Numbered from the stretch's first letter, positions 1-10,965 are shown. The stretch: DNA of 46,437 nt from a virus (IMGVR_UViG_2925903241_000005:1-46437); one strand, 5' to 3'. Notes: generated by a model from the sequence alone, not told the origin. Made by a program: numbers and translations.

Positions 1-207
1 ATGCCAAACGGCGCTGTGGACGCGTTAAAGGAAGAATTAACTCGACGCATCAGTAAGCGTTATGACGATGTAGAGGTGATCGTAAAAGCCACCAGCAACG
101 ATGGCCTTTCTGTTACACGCACTGCCGATAAAGATTCAGCTAAAACTTTTGTTCAGGAGACTCTGAAAGATACCTGGGAATCTGCTGACGAGTGGTTTGT
201 TCACTAA
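1..207 (+). CDS. dinI: DinI-family protein, C-terminal part (5' end outside window)
   Basis: Translation ends ...[16 protein letters not shown], matching the conserved C-terminus of DinI-like SOS proteins; ORF runs off the window start. Confidence 0.6.
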   Translation: MPNGAVDALKEELTRRISKRYDDVEVIVKATSNDGLSVTRTADKDSAKTFVQETLKDTWESADEWFVH

Positions 208-275
208 TTAACACGTAAAATCGGTAACGGCTTGAAATCATTAAATACTCGCCCTATCGAAAGCTCACCAGCCAG

Positions 276-309
276 CCGCAACACGTTCTTACATATGACG
301 TGTCTGCGG
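276..309. repeat. imperfect palindromic element, copy 1 (CCGCAACACGT-N11-ACGTGTCTGCGG)
   Basis: Inverted repeat read directly; a second copy with about 31 of 37 matching positions is at 2743..2776. Confidence 0.5.
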
Positions 310-323
310 TTTCAACTCCACCA

Positions 324-357
324 GCCCACCAATCATGATTGGGCTTTTTCGTTTTTC
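324..357 (+). terminator. putative rho-independent terminator downstream of dinI-like gene
   Basis: GC-containing hairpin (gcccaccaatcat/gattgggc) followed by a T-run (ctttttcgttttt). Confidence 0.4.
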
Positions 358-486
358 TTCACCTGCAAGCAAACCGTTGTATCATGGCGGAATGAAGATG
401 AGCTAGGAATAATCTTATGAATCAGCTCAATATTCATATAAAAACATTTCGAACTTTGGTGTACAAAACTACATAGGGATAACTTT

Positions 487-1689
487 ATGTCTCTTCGTTT
501 CAGACAAACCTTTACTTTATTTCCTGGCGTTCGACTCAACATTGGCAAGCGTGGAATAAGTGCAAGCATTGGCATGCCTGGCGCAACTGTCAATGTTGGT
601 AAAAAAGGGGTTAGAGCAACTGTCGGATTACCGGGCACAGGCTTATCTTATACTACACCTACCTTGCCCTATGATGATGGATACTCAGTTACCAATCCAT
701 TAAATCCAGCCCCTACAGAACCTCATTTGGGGTCTGGGTCATCTCCAGAAAACACACCATCGAACGCTAAAATATATATGCCTGTAGCTGGCATGAATGA
801 AATATCCAGCGCTTCGGTAGAAGTCCTTACAAGTACCTCCCTTTTACCTTTACGAGATTTGATTGCTAAAGCACGAGAACAAAGAGCAGAGATAAAAGCA
901 GATCTTCAAGAGGCTCTTGCCGAAGAATCAAAACAAAAAAGCGAGCTGGCTCGACGCAAATCAAGTCTATTCCGTTGGTTTTACAAACGACGCATCGCAG
1001 AACTTGAGACACTACTCCCCCTAACCCAAGCTGAGATATCTCGCCTAGTTTCATGGGAAGACAGCACAAAAATAGCCATAACATTCGAGAGCAGTGATGC
1101 TTCACAGCGCGCATATGCAGCGATGGTCCATGCATTTGATATGTTAAAATCGAGTGTCAAAAAATGGGATATTACTGCAGATAAAGCTACAGACCAGTTT
1201 GCTGAAAGAACATTAGCAACCCGGTCTGTTAATCGTCACCCAGTTACCTTTGATTTTAGTTCAACGGATCTCATTCAATTTACAGGGCGTGCGATGAGGT
1301 TTGAAAATGCAAATGGAGACGATATTTTGCTTTATCCTGGAGTTGCAGTCATACCACGAGCCGATGGAGCATTCGCTCTGATTGATTTACGCGAATTACA
1401 AATTAGTTCAGAATATCTAAGATTCCATGAGGAAGAAGGTGTTCCCAGTGACTCACGCATAGATGGTTATACATGGGCGAAAACGAATAAGAATGGCTCA
1501 CCAGACCGTCGTTTTAAAGACAACTACCAAATCCCTATTTGCATTTATGGAAATATTACTTTCCATTCTCAAACAGGGGTAACTGAAGAATATATGGTAT
1601 CAAATGCAGATGCCGCGCACGCCTTTGCTGAGGCAGTAAAACGCTATCAGATTTCACTCACAGAAACAGAAGCGTTGGTACAAGCCTAA
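487..1689 (+). CDS. DUF4236-domain protein (N-terminal NIGKRGIS-type motif) with uncharacterised C-terminal domain
   Basis: 400-aa ORF; N-terminus FPGVRLNIGKRGISASIGMPG...VGLPGTGLSY resembles the DUF4236 signature from memory; sits outside the tail-fibre end of the prophage. Confidence 0.45.
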   Translation: MSLRFRQTFTLFPGVRLNIGKRGISASIGMPGATVNVGKKGVRATVGLPGTGLSYTTPTLPYDDGYSVTNPLNPAPTEPHLGSGSSPENTPSNAKIYMPVAGMNEISSASVEVLTSTSLLPLRDLIAKAREQRAEIKADLQEALAEESKQKSELARRKSSLFRWFYKRRIAELETLLPLTQAEISRLVSWEDSTKIAITFESSDASQRAYAAMVHAFDMLKSSVKKWDITADKATDQFAERTLATRSVNRHPVTFDFSSTDLIQFTGRAMRFENANGDDILLYPGVAVIPRADGAFALIDLRELQISSEYLRFHEEEGVPSDSRIDGYTWAKTNKNGSPDRRFKDNYQIPICIYGNITFHSQTGVTEEYMVSNADAAHAFAEAVKRYQISLTETEALVQA

Positions 1690-1885
1690 TTTATCGCCGA
1701 TATGGGGACGAATCGTAGGTTAAAACCCCTCGAACAAAAAAACCTTAAGAACCAGACTATTATGGCTGGTTCTTATACGGAGGATTTGTTATTGTACAAC
1801 TCTTCTATCTGGTATATTTACGGATAGAACTGTTCGGGCTACTCAATCCTTTTTAAGTACAAATGAACAGATAGAAATAGTTATA

Positions 1886-2688
1886 TTGCAAGGAGCTATC
1901 ATGCACACTGAGTATATATGGCGATATCTTGACATAGAGAAATTCTCTATGTTACTCGAACAAAATGCTTTATTTTTTTGCTCAGCAAAAAATTTTGAAG
2001 ATCCGTTCGAAGGTGAATTTGCTTGGGGACATACTGGCTATAAAAAATTCATTGAGACACAGGAAAAACTATGCGCTACTCATGGTGCCGGCATGGACTT
2101 AGAGCCTTTCATGGCATTCAATTTAAAGACACCTAAGGAAATAAGCGAGAGGACATATATAAGTTGCTGGCATTGTAACGAACATGAATCTGAAGCTATG
2201 TGGAAGCTGTATTGTAAAAACCCCGCTAAAGGCGTTGTCATAAAATCAAAGAAAAAAACCTCCAAAGCCAACTTGAAAATAATAATCTAAACAAACTACA
2301 ATTAAAACACGTAAAATACGTCAAAAATTTCTGGATAAAACAATACAATCCAGAATCAGATGTATTCTTTAACAAGAGACCATCTTTCGAACACGAAAAA
2401 GAGTTTAGAGCTATTTTTCAAGAGAATACCTTTAACACTCCACCTGTAAAGGGAAAACTAGTCCCTGTATCTCTTAATAATCTGTTGGAAGAAATAAGGA
2501 TTTCACCTTTCGCAGATAAGGATTTCAAAAATGAAGTTTTACAAATTTCAAAAAAATATGGACTAGATCTAAAAGTCAAAAACTCTGAAATTGAAATGCA
2601 TCCCATCATGCATGTTGAGGAAGAAATAATTGCAGAAGGCCCCAATTGGTATCAGTCAAAAATCAGGTTGGCAATACGTGATGCTTAA
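1886..2688 (+). pseudogene. DUF2971-family gene interrupted by a frameshift in an A7 tract (near 2252..2258)
   Basis: Frame of 1886..2290 carries DUF2971-like motifs (FFCSAKNFEDPFEGEF; CWHCNEHESEAMWKLYCKNPAKGVV). Reading frame -1 is open from about 2230 to 2688 and continues a sensible protein (..LQSQLENNNLNKLQLKHVKYVKNFWIKQYNPE..). The two frames meet at 'aaagaaaaaaacc'. Confidence 0.55.
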
Positions 2689-2742
2689 TCTTATATTGAA
2701 GTTTTTTATGTCTCCTGCTGAAACTAGCTAAAATTTACCAAG

Positions 2743-2776
2743 CCGCAGCACGTTATTGCATACAACGTGTATGCGG
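2743..2776. repeat. imperfect palindromic element, copy 2 (CCGCAGCACGT-N11-ACGTGTATGCGG)
   Basis: Same element as 276..309; lies just downstream of the tail-fibre stop and may also act as its terminator hairpin. Confidence 0.5.
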
Positions 2777-2974
2777 CGTATCTCAAAACGATTACTCCAT
2801 AACAGGGACAGCAGGCCACTCAATATCCGGTGCTACTGATGTATCAACACGGTTCAGCAACACCCGATACTTCTTCCAGGCTTCCAGCAACAAGGTTTCT
2901 TCCTCCGTTGCGATTTCCAGCTCAACAACAGTCTGAACGTACCGGGAACAGCCTCCTTCAGAGCTTGAAGGATA

Positions 2975-5900
2975 TCAATGTTCGCTTCCTGTTAACTGCC
3001 GGACAAGTGCAACCAGTTCGCTTACCTGATTTTCCAGAGTGCTGATCCGGGTGCCTGCTGTTGCCAGATTTTGACGTAGCGTTGTGTTTTCCTCTTCCAG
3101 CGCGGTAACGCGATCATCTGTTTCACGGGCGACCTGAACAAGTAAACCCGTCACGGCGGCGTAGTCAACATTAAGATAGCGCGTTTCTTCGCGTAGCTTG
3201 TTGCCGTCAACGGTCGGACCTTGCAACTCTTCACCATAATGAGTAAACGATCCCACAGCTTCTGGTATCGCCTCCATTACTTCCTGTGCAATAACGCCAG
3301 CATAAGGCAGGCCGTTTTCCTTGAGCGTGTAGGTGTAACCGTTCATTTTGCGGATTGCTTTCGTCGCGTCGCTGATAACGCGAATATCGTCTTTAAGGTC
3401 GCGGTCTGATGACTGATTCAGCGTTGTGCAATTAATAGCGCCATTTACATCAAACAACTGGCCTGCTGGTGTTCTTTGCGCATAAAACAGATACGCAGCA
3501 GACGTTGCAACCTCAAAAACGTTTTGTCGATCACTTGACCCCCAGACCGCGATGCTAACTGGCAGTTCTGAATTACCTGAATTAAGTAAAGCAAAACGAT
3601 TGCCAGTCCCTGTTTGTTTTCTAATTACTAAATCGGCAGTTGAGTTAACCTCATCTTTGTTGATGGTTAGCGCCTGCGCTGTAGCACCGTTAACAGTGCC
3701 ACTTAGTAGTTGAACCGCTCCATCATCGCCATTTAACAGCACTTGAGCGCTGCTTCTGTGGTTTTTCAGGAACAACTTTTTGCCTGTGCTTTCTGATGTG
3801 CCTACCGACCACGCCGAATTGGTTCCAGTGCTATCAACACCACGAACGGTACAATTCATGCTGCCATAATCTGACGTACTTCCAAGCACATCAATCCGCC
3901 CGCCACCTAATTTTGATGGAGTCGTCGAGGTTAACGACCTGACGGTTACATCCTGATTCCATCCTGAAACAACTACCTGACTCCACTCCGTCCAGTTTCC
4001 ATTGACAACAAAGCGAACGTATATGCGTTTTGTGTCGCTGCCAATCAGCGTTTGCATGATCGCATAATCTGAACCCGTAGTTTTACGAGTAGATTCTACA
4101 CGTAGCAAAAAGTTACCGCTTACGCCGTCAGGCTTATTGGTAATATATGCACCACCTGCAACAGTTTTGCATTGATAGTATTTAACAGATCCAGCCACTG
4201 TATTAGCAATGATCAAGTCGTTTAAATCAATAGTCTTGTTGTCAATGGTTTCCGGCTCGATAGATCCCGCCATACCTGCGTTAAATGTGGCAAAGTCAGA
4301 AAAGGTTGTTTTACCGCCTACCGTCACCCCGCTATCGAGTTTTGCTTGTGTGATTACTTTGCTGTTTTTTGTGTGGTCAGAATAACTACCAAAATACAAA
4401 TCACCGTCACCAGCTATACCCAGGTATTTTTGATCAACATCATCAACCTTAAACCCAATGGACAAGTTTTTAATTGTGTTGTTGCTCGTTAAAACCAAAG
4501 GCGTATGCTGAGATCCTTTGATGCTTACCGTAGTGTTATCGGAACTGGTGCTTGTGTTTGCAAATTCTGCGGTGGCTGCGCTGATTTTGTAAGTTATTTT
4601 TAGATTGCGGGCCTCAACCCTCCCGTCGTGGCGAACAATAAAATCACCACTTGATTCACCTTTTGTGTTTTTCGCCCTGATGTGGATTTCGCCAAGTGAT
4701 TCGTTGTTTTCAGGCGACCAAACAACGCCGCGCTCGCTTCCGTCGTTGTTCATGAACCACAGATGAGCGGTTCCTTTTGCTGATTTTAGCCTGATAGATG
4801 GCGTTTCTTTCAATATATCAAGATCACCAGACATAACATCGCCGGATTTTTTCACCTGCGCATCGTTAGTTACGTTGCCAAGTCCAACATCCGATTTCGA
4901 CGGCTTGTTTGCCGAGCCGTATAGCTCATTGATGCTAAAAGTCCCGTTGTTAAGCCGGGCATCGTTGCCGGCATAGATCTTAATCTTCGCGGTTGAGTAG
5001 TCGATATTGATCGCTGACCACGTATCGCCGCACCGCGAGAATATACCAGAACCGTGGCTATAAATGGTCGCCGTGCTTCCGGTCGGCTTATCACCGCGCC
5101 AGAAATGACCACCTTTGTCACGCAGAGCTTTTAAGATCTCTACATCGCTCATCTTGCCGTTTGTTGATATCCCGCTACCGCCAAGACCGAAAGCGCCTGT
5201 AAGCATAGCATTAGAAAGACCCAAATCTGCTTTAGTCGGCTTGTTTAACTGGTCGTAAATCCTTACAACGGGGCTTTCAACATATCCAGAAGGCGCGGCG
5301 GTTTGCTTAACAAATCCGTCTGGAATGTATAATTCCGGGCGTGCCGTCTGCGCCAGCACCGCAACCTTTGCGCCGTTGATAAATGCGCGCTGGAAGGCCC
5401 AAACCTCAATAAAGCCGTCACCTTTAACCAGGCCGTAACGCATCTGGTTGTTATCGGTCAGCCCGGTTGACCCTAAGCGGCGTATACTCAGATGACGAGA
5501 AACATTATCCGCACTAAGCAAAGAAGGCAGACCGCGCGCCGAGATCTCGATAAAGTCAATGTTTCCGTAAGGGGAGCCGTAGTTACCGGCATTAGTAACC
5601 ATTAGCGTTACATGGCAATTGCCGCTTCCGGGATCGGAAAGTTTCGCGATCTTTATGTAAAAAGACTCATTACCAGTAACAACGGGCCAATCGTATTGCG
5701 TCATCGGGCTGACGAGTCCCCCGACCTTGTCGAGATATTCTTTCGCCTTGTTCTCTGACGCTTTAGCGTTGGTTTCGCTGACCTTTGCTGCTGCCTCACT
5801 ATTTTTCGCGTTGGTTTCTGATTTTTTGGCTGCTGTCGCGGAGTTTGCCGATGCAGTTTGTGAGTCTGCTGCCGCCTGTGCGCTGTTATCCGCATTCGTC

Positions 5901-6739
5901 TCAGACGTTTTTGCGGCCTTCGCGGAATTTCCTGCTGCCGTTGCCGAGGAAGCTGCACTGCCGGCGCTCGAGGCAGCGCTCGTTTCTGATGATTTTGCCG
6001 CCACTTTTGAAGCCGACGCATCCCGGGCTGAGGTGGCAGCTTCTGACGCTTTCGTGGTCGCGGTGGATGCAGATGTGGCCGCAGATTTTTGTGATGCTGC
6101 GGCATTCATTTCCGACGTTTTCGCTGCACCGGCACTGGTGGCTGCCGCGCTTTTTGAAGACTCTGCGGCGGCAGCACTTTTTGATGCTTCAGTGGCCTTT
6201 GTTGATGCCGTTCCTGCGCTGGAAGACGCTGACTGAGCCGACGACGCGGCCTGTCCGGCTGACGTGCTGGCTGCACGTGCTGAGCCTGCAGCATCAGTCG
6301 CACGGGTTGCCGCCTCACGGGCTGATGTGCTGGCATCGCTGGCTGACTTCTTCGCGGCTGCCGTGTTCTGTGCCACCGCGGACGCGTTACGCGCCACCTC
6401 TTCCACCATCAGTTCAAAACGGCGCAGTGCCTCAGGACGGGCATCATCCTCCGTCATGGCACCGAGAAAATCATTCAGCGTACCGGGTCGGGAATCTTCA
6501 TACACGGTGATGGTCCCGGCATGTGACGGCGGGAATCCTTCCACCAACAGAATAACGCTGTACTGACCGTACTCAACGTCCATGCTGTAACGCCCGGCTT
6601 CATCCGGATTTTCTGAGGCCAGCGTGTTCACCACCACCGTGGTACTGTTACGTTTTGCTTTCAGCTGGATTGTGCAGTTCTGTACCGGTTTTCCTGTGCC
6701 GTCTTTCAGTACACCTGAAATCTTTACTGCCATATTCAC
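2975..6739 (-). CDS. stf: side tail fibre protein: lambda Stf-like N-terminus, long Ala/Ser/Thr-rich repeat region, C-terminal S74 intramolecular-chaperone domain
   Basis: N-terminus MAVKISGVLKDGTGKPVQNCTIQLKA... matches lambda Stf; C-terminus ...DGNKLREETRYLNVDYAAVTGLLVQVARE..TALEEENTTLRQ resembles the endosialidase-chaperone domain; 1254 aa versus about 774 aa for lambda Stf. Confidence 0.85.
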   Translation of the reverse strand: MNMAVKISGVLKDGTGKPVQNCTIQLKAKRNSTTVVVNTLASENPDEAGRYSMDVEYGQYSVILLVEGFPPSHAGTITVYEDSRPGTLNDFLGAMTEDDARPEALRRFELMVEEVARNASAVAQNTAAAKKSASDASTSAREAATRATDAAGSARAASTSAGQAASSAQSASSSAGTASTKATEASKSAAAAESSKSAAATSAGAAKTSEMNAAASQKSAATSASTATTKASEAATSARDASASKVAAKSSETSAASSAGSAASSATAAGNSAKAAKTSETNADNSAQAAADSQTASANSATAAKKSETNAKNSEAAAKVSETNAKASENKAKEYLDKVGGLVSPMTQYDWPVVTGNESFYIKIAKLSDPGSGNCHVTLMVTNAGNYGSPYGNIDFIEISARGLPSLLSADNVSRHLSIRRLGSTGLTDNNQMRYGLVKGDGFIEVWAFQRAFINGAKVAVLAQTARPELYIPDGFVKQTAAPSGYVESPVVRIYDQLNKPTKADLGLSNAMLTGAFGLGGSGISTNGKMSDVEILKALRDKGGHFWRGDKPTGSTATIYSHGSGIFSRCGDTWSAINIDYSTAKIKIYAGNDARLNNGTFSINELYGSANKPSKSDVGLGNVTNDAQVKKSGDVMSGDLDILKETPSIRLKSAKGTAHLWFMNNDGSERGVVWSPENNESLGEIHIRAKNTKGESSGDFIVRHDGRVEARNLKITYKISAATAEFANTSTSSDNTTVSIKGSQHTPLVLTSNNTIKNLSIGFKVDDVDQKYLGIAGDGDLYFGSYSDHTKNSKVITQAKLDSGVTVGGKTTFSDFATFNAGMAGSIEPETIDNKTIDLNDLIIANTVAGSVKYYQCKTVAGGAYITNKPDGVSGNFLLRVESTRKTTGSDYAIMQTLIGSDTKRIYVRFVVNGNWTEWSQVVVSGWNQDVTVRSLTSTTPSKLGGGRIDVLGSTSDYGSMNCTVRGVDSTGTNSAWSVGTSESTGKKLFLKNHRSSAQVLLNGDDGAVQLLSGTVNGATAQALTINKDEVNSTADLVIRKQTGTGNRFALLNSGNSELPVSIAVWGSSDRQNVFEVATSAAYLFYAQRTPAGQLFDVNGAINCTTLNQSSDRDLKDDIRVISDATKAIRKMNGYTYTLKENGLPYAGVIAQEVMEAIPEAVGSFTHYGEELQGPTVDGNKLREETRYLNVDYAAVTGLLVQVARETDDRVTALEEENTTLRQNLATAGTRISTLENQVSELVALVRQLTGSEH

Positions 6740-6744
6740 CCCAC

Positions 6745-6770
6745 AAAAAAGCCCGCCTGAACCGGCGGGC
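6745..6770 (-). terminator. rho-independent terminator between lom and stf
   Basis: Minus-strand hairpin GCCCGCC-N6-GGCGGGC followed by TTTTTT. Confidence 0.5.
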
Positions 6771-6797
6771 TGTCATAACACTGTGTTACCTGGCTAA

Positions 6798-7397
6798 TCA
6801 GAATTTATAACCGACACCCACGATGAAACCGTCAGTGCGCCAGTCACCACTGCCGGAGCCTTCATAAGCAATATCAATGGCCACGGATTCGGTCGGGTTA
6901 AACTGCACGCCAGCCCCCCACGCCAGAGACGTGTTGCTGTGGCGACCGTCATCACTTCCGGTCAGCACATCGTGCTTTTTCCCCTTGTTGTCAGTTACGC
7001 GGAGATAATCCCCGGAGAAAGTCGACACACGGCTGTAAGCCACACCCGCCATCGCATACGCGCTGAACCATTCATTCACGCGCACAGACGGCCCCGCCAT
7101 TACGCTGAACCAGCGGTTACGAACGGAATCTTCATGCCAGCGGGTATCGCTGTAACGGGTCAGCTGGCGATTCTTGTCTCCTGCATAGCTGAATGACGTC
7201 ACCAGCCCCAGCGTATCCGTAAACTCATAACGGTATTTCACGTTAATCCCGTTCAGATCATCACTGCCGGGGACGTTCGTCGAGGCATGAAGATACCCCG
7301 CGCTCAGCGTGGACTGATGTTCAGACGCCCATGCAGGCGCACCGGATACGGCCAGACAAATGGCTGCGGACAAAATTGCTGCACAAACTTTACGCAT
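6798..7397 (-). CDS. lom: outer membrane protein Lom (Ail/Lom family)
   Basis: Signal peptide plus Ail/Lom beta-barrel sequence ending ...GVGYKF; position after J as in lambda. Confidence 0.85.
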   Translation of the reverse strand: MRKVCAAILSAAICLAVSGAPAWASEHQSTLSAGYLHASTNVPGSDDLNGINVKYRYEFTDTLGLVTSFSYAGDKNRQLTRYSDTRWHEDSVRNRWFSVMAGPSVRVNEWFSAYAMAGVAYSRVSTFSGDYLRVTDNKGKKHDVLTGSDDGRHSNTSLAWGAGVQFNPTESVAIDIAYEGSGSGDWRTDGFIVGVGYKF

Positions 7398-7467
7398 AAT
7401 TACCTCTCGCTTTTCTGCAATAAAAAAGGCGTCATTCCTGACGCCCTTTATTGGGGTTATAAATATT

Positions 7468-10400
7468 TCAACGAATACTGATGCCGGAAGCGGCTTTTTT
7501 GGTCACAATCACCGTACAGTCGGTGATATTGCCTGCCCCCTGATTGCCTTTCTGGAAAATCTTAAACTCCAGAGTGACGCTTCCCCTGCCACTCGGCATA
7601 TCAATAACTGCACTGTAACTACCGGGAATGGCCCCTTTAGTTTCTCTGGATGCGATTAATACGCCGTTTTTGCGAACTTCAAAACCATAACCCGTGTATC
7701 TTGTACCTCCCGGGTTATTACCACTTCCCGGATCGCTATACGCTATTCCGTTAAAGATAATGGGCGGAATAATGATTTGACGGTCAAAGTTATGATCATC
7801 GCTGATGGTGACTGTAACCGTCCCGTTTGGTGTTTCCGTATTACCCCACGTACCAGCCTGTTTCGGGAATGATTTGGATACAGCTTTAACGAAGTCACCT
7901 CTGACCTGAGTCGCCTCCAGCATGCCCTTAATCGTACAGTTTTCATTTACCGTGACATTGTTGAGCGTCCCGGCGTTCGCATTCACACTGCCACTGATAT
8001 CCGCATTTTTAGCGGTCAGCTTTCCGTCCGGTGTCAGGGAAAATGCCGGCGGATTTCCACCGCTGGTAATGGTGGGAGCCGTCAGGCGTTTCAGGAACAC
8101 GTCATTCATGAATATCTGATCACCCTGACCAACAAACATCGGTTTTGTGTTGCCATTTGCAGGATTAATCATCGCAATCCTGTCCGCCGCCAGCAGCACC
8201 TGACTCTGCATGCCGTCAGGGGTGTTCTCAATACCGGCACCGATACCCGCAATATAAAGGCGTCCGTCCTGCATCTGCTGCAGCTTCACTGCCCACATGC
8301 TGTTCAGGTTATTATTTGTATCAACCTGAACCTTCTGTATCTGCTGGATCGCTGCACTCTGGTCTTCCAGTTTCTTATTGACGGTCTGTGTTATTTCATT
8401 GCTGACATCCGTTATGGACGTCCTGATTTCAGTCAGGTCAGGCGCAAGCTGACCGTTATCAATCTGCGTCCACAGCTCCTGAGCCAGATGGGTTTTCCCT
8501 ATCTCGCCTTTGAAAAAATCCAGATAGCCTGATGCATCATCACTCGGCTGACCGACAGCCTCCACGAATGCCGATTTGCCAACGGTGTTCACACTGCGAA
8601 CGTAAAAATAATAATCATGGCCCGGTTTGATATTGATACTGGCGGCTATCCAGTACAGTGCCGTACCAAGATAACGCGCGCTGGTTTCAACCTGCCTGAT
8701 ATCCGCAATCCGTTTTTCCGAGAACCAGAACTCAAACTGTACCGTCGGGTCATAAACCGCAAGATGCGGCGTGGCGGTTATCTGAAAATAGCCCGGCGTC
8801 AGCTCAATCCGCGACGGCGCTGCCGGTGCGGCAATCCGGAACGATACCGACGCCGGATCGCCCTGCTGCCCCCACGCATTTACTGCCCGGACTGTCAGCC
8901 TGTAGTTCCCCAGCGCCAGTTGCGTGAAGCGGTATGTGGTTTCCGTCGTCCGGGCCGTGCTGACCAGCCGCTCACTGCCGTCATCCGCTGCCACGGTCAG
9001 GCGAAGCAGGAAGCTCACGCCCTTCACCACCTTCGGCGTGTCCCAGCGCGCCAGCACCTGGTATTCCCCGCTGTCTGCGGTGACTTCTGCGGTCAGGTGC
9101 TGCACCGCTGGCGGCGTGACACCATTTACCGTGCCGCTCTGGTCGCCGTCAAAGTGCGCCCCGTTATCCACGATGGCCTCTTTTTCCGGTACATGCTGCA
9201 CGGCGGTGATGGCATACGTGCCGTCGTCGTTCTCACGGATACTCACGCAGCGGAACAGGCGCTGGCGCAACGTCGGCAGCTTCAGCCCCCATACGCTGTA
9301 TTCAGCAACGCCGTCAGGAACACGGCTCACTTTCACCTTCACGCCGTCGGTGACGGACTGAACCTCCACGCTGACCGGACTCCCCTGCCCGTCAACCAGG
9401 CTTATCAGCGTGGTGCCGGAAGATGGCAGCGTGATTTCACGGTCGAGCGTCAGCGTCCGGGTCTGGCTGTTTACCGCCAGCACGCGCCCGCCGGTGCGGA
9501 TACCGGCATAGTCATCATCGCAGATTTCAATGACATCGCCCGGTACATGGCGAAGCCCTTCGGCACCCACGCTGAAGTCCACGGTCTGCGTTTCCAGCAG
9601 TTCTGTTTTAATCAGCCACAGCCCGGCGCGGTGTGCCTGCCCCCGGCTGGTACAGCCAAAGGCATCCATCTTCGTGACGTTACGACCGTAACGGGCAATG
9701 GCCTGCGTGTCCTCCACAAGCTCTGTCGCCGTCTCCCAGCCGTTATCCGGGTCAATCCAGTTCACCTCAACGGCATTATGGCGGTCCTTCAGGGCGCTGA
9801 AGCTGTAGCGGAACGGCGCGCCATCATCCGGCATCACCACATTACTGCGGTTATAGGTCCACACCTTATCTGATGGTCGGTCCTGCACGAACGTCAGCGT
9901 CTGCCCGTTCCATACCGGCATACAGCGCATCGCCGAGCAGAAATCACTGAGAACATCCCACGCCTTACGCTGTGTGGTCAGCCAGGCATTACAGGTGATG
10001 CGCGGCTCCGTGCCGCCAAAACCGTCCGGCACCGACTGGTCGCAGTACTGGCCGATGACATACAGCGCCCATTTATCCACATCTGCCGCACCAAGACGTT
10101 TACCCATGCCGTAGCGCGGGTGGGTCAGCATATCCCACAGACACCAGGCCATGTTGTTGCTGTATGCTGGCTTAAACGTTCCGTCCCAGATACCGCTGTA
10201 TTGCCGCGTCTGCGGGTTATAGTTCGACGGCACCTGCAGAATACGCCCGCGAAGATGATAATTACGGCTCACCTGCTGGCTGCCGAACTGCTCCGAATCC
10301 ACCTGTACGCCGACCAGTGCCGTGTTCGGGTAGCACTGTTTCACATCGATGATTTCGGTGTATGACGACCAGAGCGTTTTGTTCTGCAGCTGGTCTGTGG

Positions 10401-10965
10401 TGCTGTCCGGCGTCATCCTGCGCATCCGGATATTAAACGGGCGCGGCGGCAGGTTATCCACCACCACCGAGGCCAGATACTGCGAGGTGGTTTTGCCCTT
10501 AATGGTGATGTCTTTTTCCGTCACCCAGCCACCATTACGCTGTATCTGAACCAGCAGGCGAACTTCCGACGGATTCCGGTCCCCTTTTGAGGTGGTTTCC
10601 ACCAGTGCCTGCACACCGAAGGTAAAGCGCAGACGGTCGATGTTTGCCGACGTGATGGTGCGGGTGATCGGCGTGTCATATTTCACTTCCGTACCCAGCA
10701 CCGTCTCGGAGCCGGAGGATTCAAACCCCTCCGGCGGAGTCTGCTCCTGCTCACCTGCCCGGAACACCACCGTGACACCAGAGATATTGGTATTCCCCTC
10801 AGTGTCCAGCACCGGCGTACTGTTCAGCAGCACGCTTTTTAACCCATCCACCGGACCTTCAACCGGCCCTTCGCTGATGACATCGATCACACTCAGCAAC
10901 TGCGTGGATTTGAGGTTGTCCTTCGCTTCGCGCGGGGTATGCCCCTTACTGCTGCCTTTACCCAT
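7468..10965 (-). CDS. J: tail tip / host specificity protein J
   Basis: 1165-aa ORF starting [24 protein letters not shown], as lambda gpJ; position. Confidence 0.9.
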   Translation of the reverse strand: MGKGSSKGHTPREAKDNLKSTQLLSVIDVISEGPVEGPVDGLKSVLLNSTPVLDTEGNTNISGVTVVFRAGEQEQTPPEGFESSGSETVLGTEVKYDTPITRTITSANIDRLRFTFGVQALVETTSKGDRNPSEVRLLVQIQRNGGWVTEKDITIKGKTTSQYLASVVVDNLPPRPFNIRMRRMTPDSTTDQLQNKTLWSSYTEIIDVKQCYPNTALVGVQVDSEQFGSQQVSRNYHLRGRILQVPSNYNPQTRQYSGIWDGTFKPAYSNNMAWCLWDMLTHPRYGMGKRLGAADVDKWALYVIGQYCDQSVPDGFGGTEPRITCNAWLTTQRKAWDVLSDFCSAMRCMPVWNGQTLTFVQDRPSDKVWTYNRSNVVMPDDGAPFRYSFSALKDRHNAVEVNWIDPDNGWETATELVEDTQAIARYGRNVTKMDAFGCTSRGQAHRAGLWLIKTELLETQTVDFSVGAEGLRHVPGDVIEICDDDYAGIRTGGRVLAVNSQTRTLTLDREITLPSSGTTLISLVDGQGSPVSVEVQSVTDGVKVKVSRVPDGVAEYSVWGLKLPTLRQRLFRCVSIRENDDGTYAITAVQHVPEKEAIVDNGAHFDGDQSGTVNGVTPPAVQHLTAEVTADSGEYQVLARWDTPKVVKGVSFLLRLTVAADDGSERLVSTARTTETTYRFTQLALGNYRLTVRAVNAWGQQGDPASVSFRIAAPAAPSRIELTPGYFQITATPHLAVYDPTVQFEFWFSEKRIADIRQVETSARYLGTALYWIAASINIKPGHDYYFYVRSVNTVGKSAFVEAVGQPSDDASGYLDFFKGEIGKTHLAQELWTQIDNGQLAPDLTEIRTSITDVSNEITQTVNKKLEDQSAAIQQIQKVQVDTNNNLNSMWAVKLQQMQDGRLYIAGIGAGIENTPDGMQSQVLLAADRIAMINPANGNTKPMFVGQGDQIFMNDVFLKRLTAPTITSGGNPPAFSLTPDGKLTAKNADISGSVNANAGTLNNVTVNENCTIKGMLEATQVRGDFVKAVSKSFPKQAGTWGNTETPNGTVTVTISDDHNFDRQIIIPPIIFNGIAYSDPGSGNNPGGTRYTGYGFEVRKNGVLIASRETKGAIPGSYSAVIDMPSGRGSVTLEFKIFQKGNQGAGNITDCTVIVTKKAASGISIR

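Noticed and set aside
2253-2259. Canonical -1 programmed frameshift heptamer (A AAA AAC) in the DUF2971 gene
   Set aside because: In the upstream reading frame the codons are AAG AAA AAA ACC, so the heptamer is not phased as X XXY YYZ; and the ClpX-like A7 case needs the opposite (+1) shift; mutation or sequencing error is the simpler explanation.
5701-6566. Cluster of ORFs on both strands (5701..6105, 5727..6236, 5785..6510, 6106..6336, 6264..6566)
   Set aside because: All lie inside the Ala/Ser-rich repeat tract of the tail fibre gene; their translations are low-complexity (poly-A/R/P/L) and are frame artefacts of the repetitive GC-rich DNA.
8617-9873. 418-aa plus-strand ORF
   Set aside because: Entirely antisense to the well-supported J gene; Arg/Pro-rich translation typical of a GC-rich antisense frame; no RBS context.
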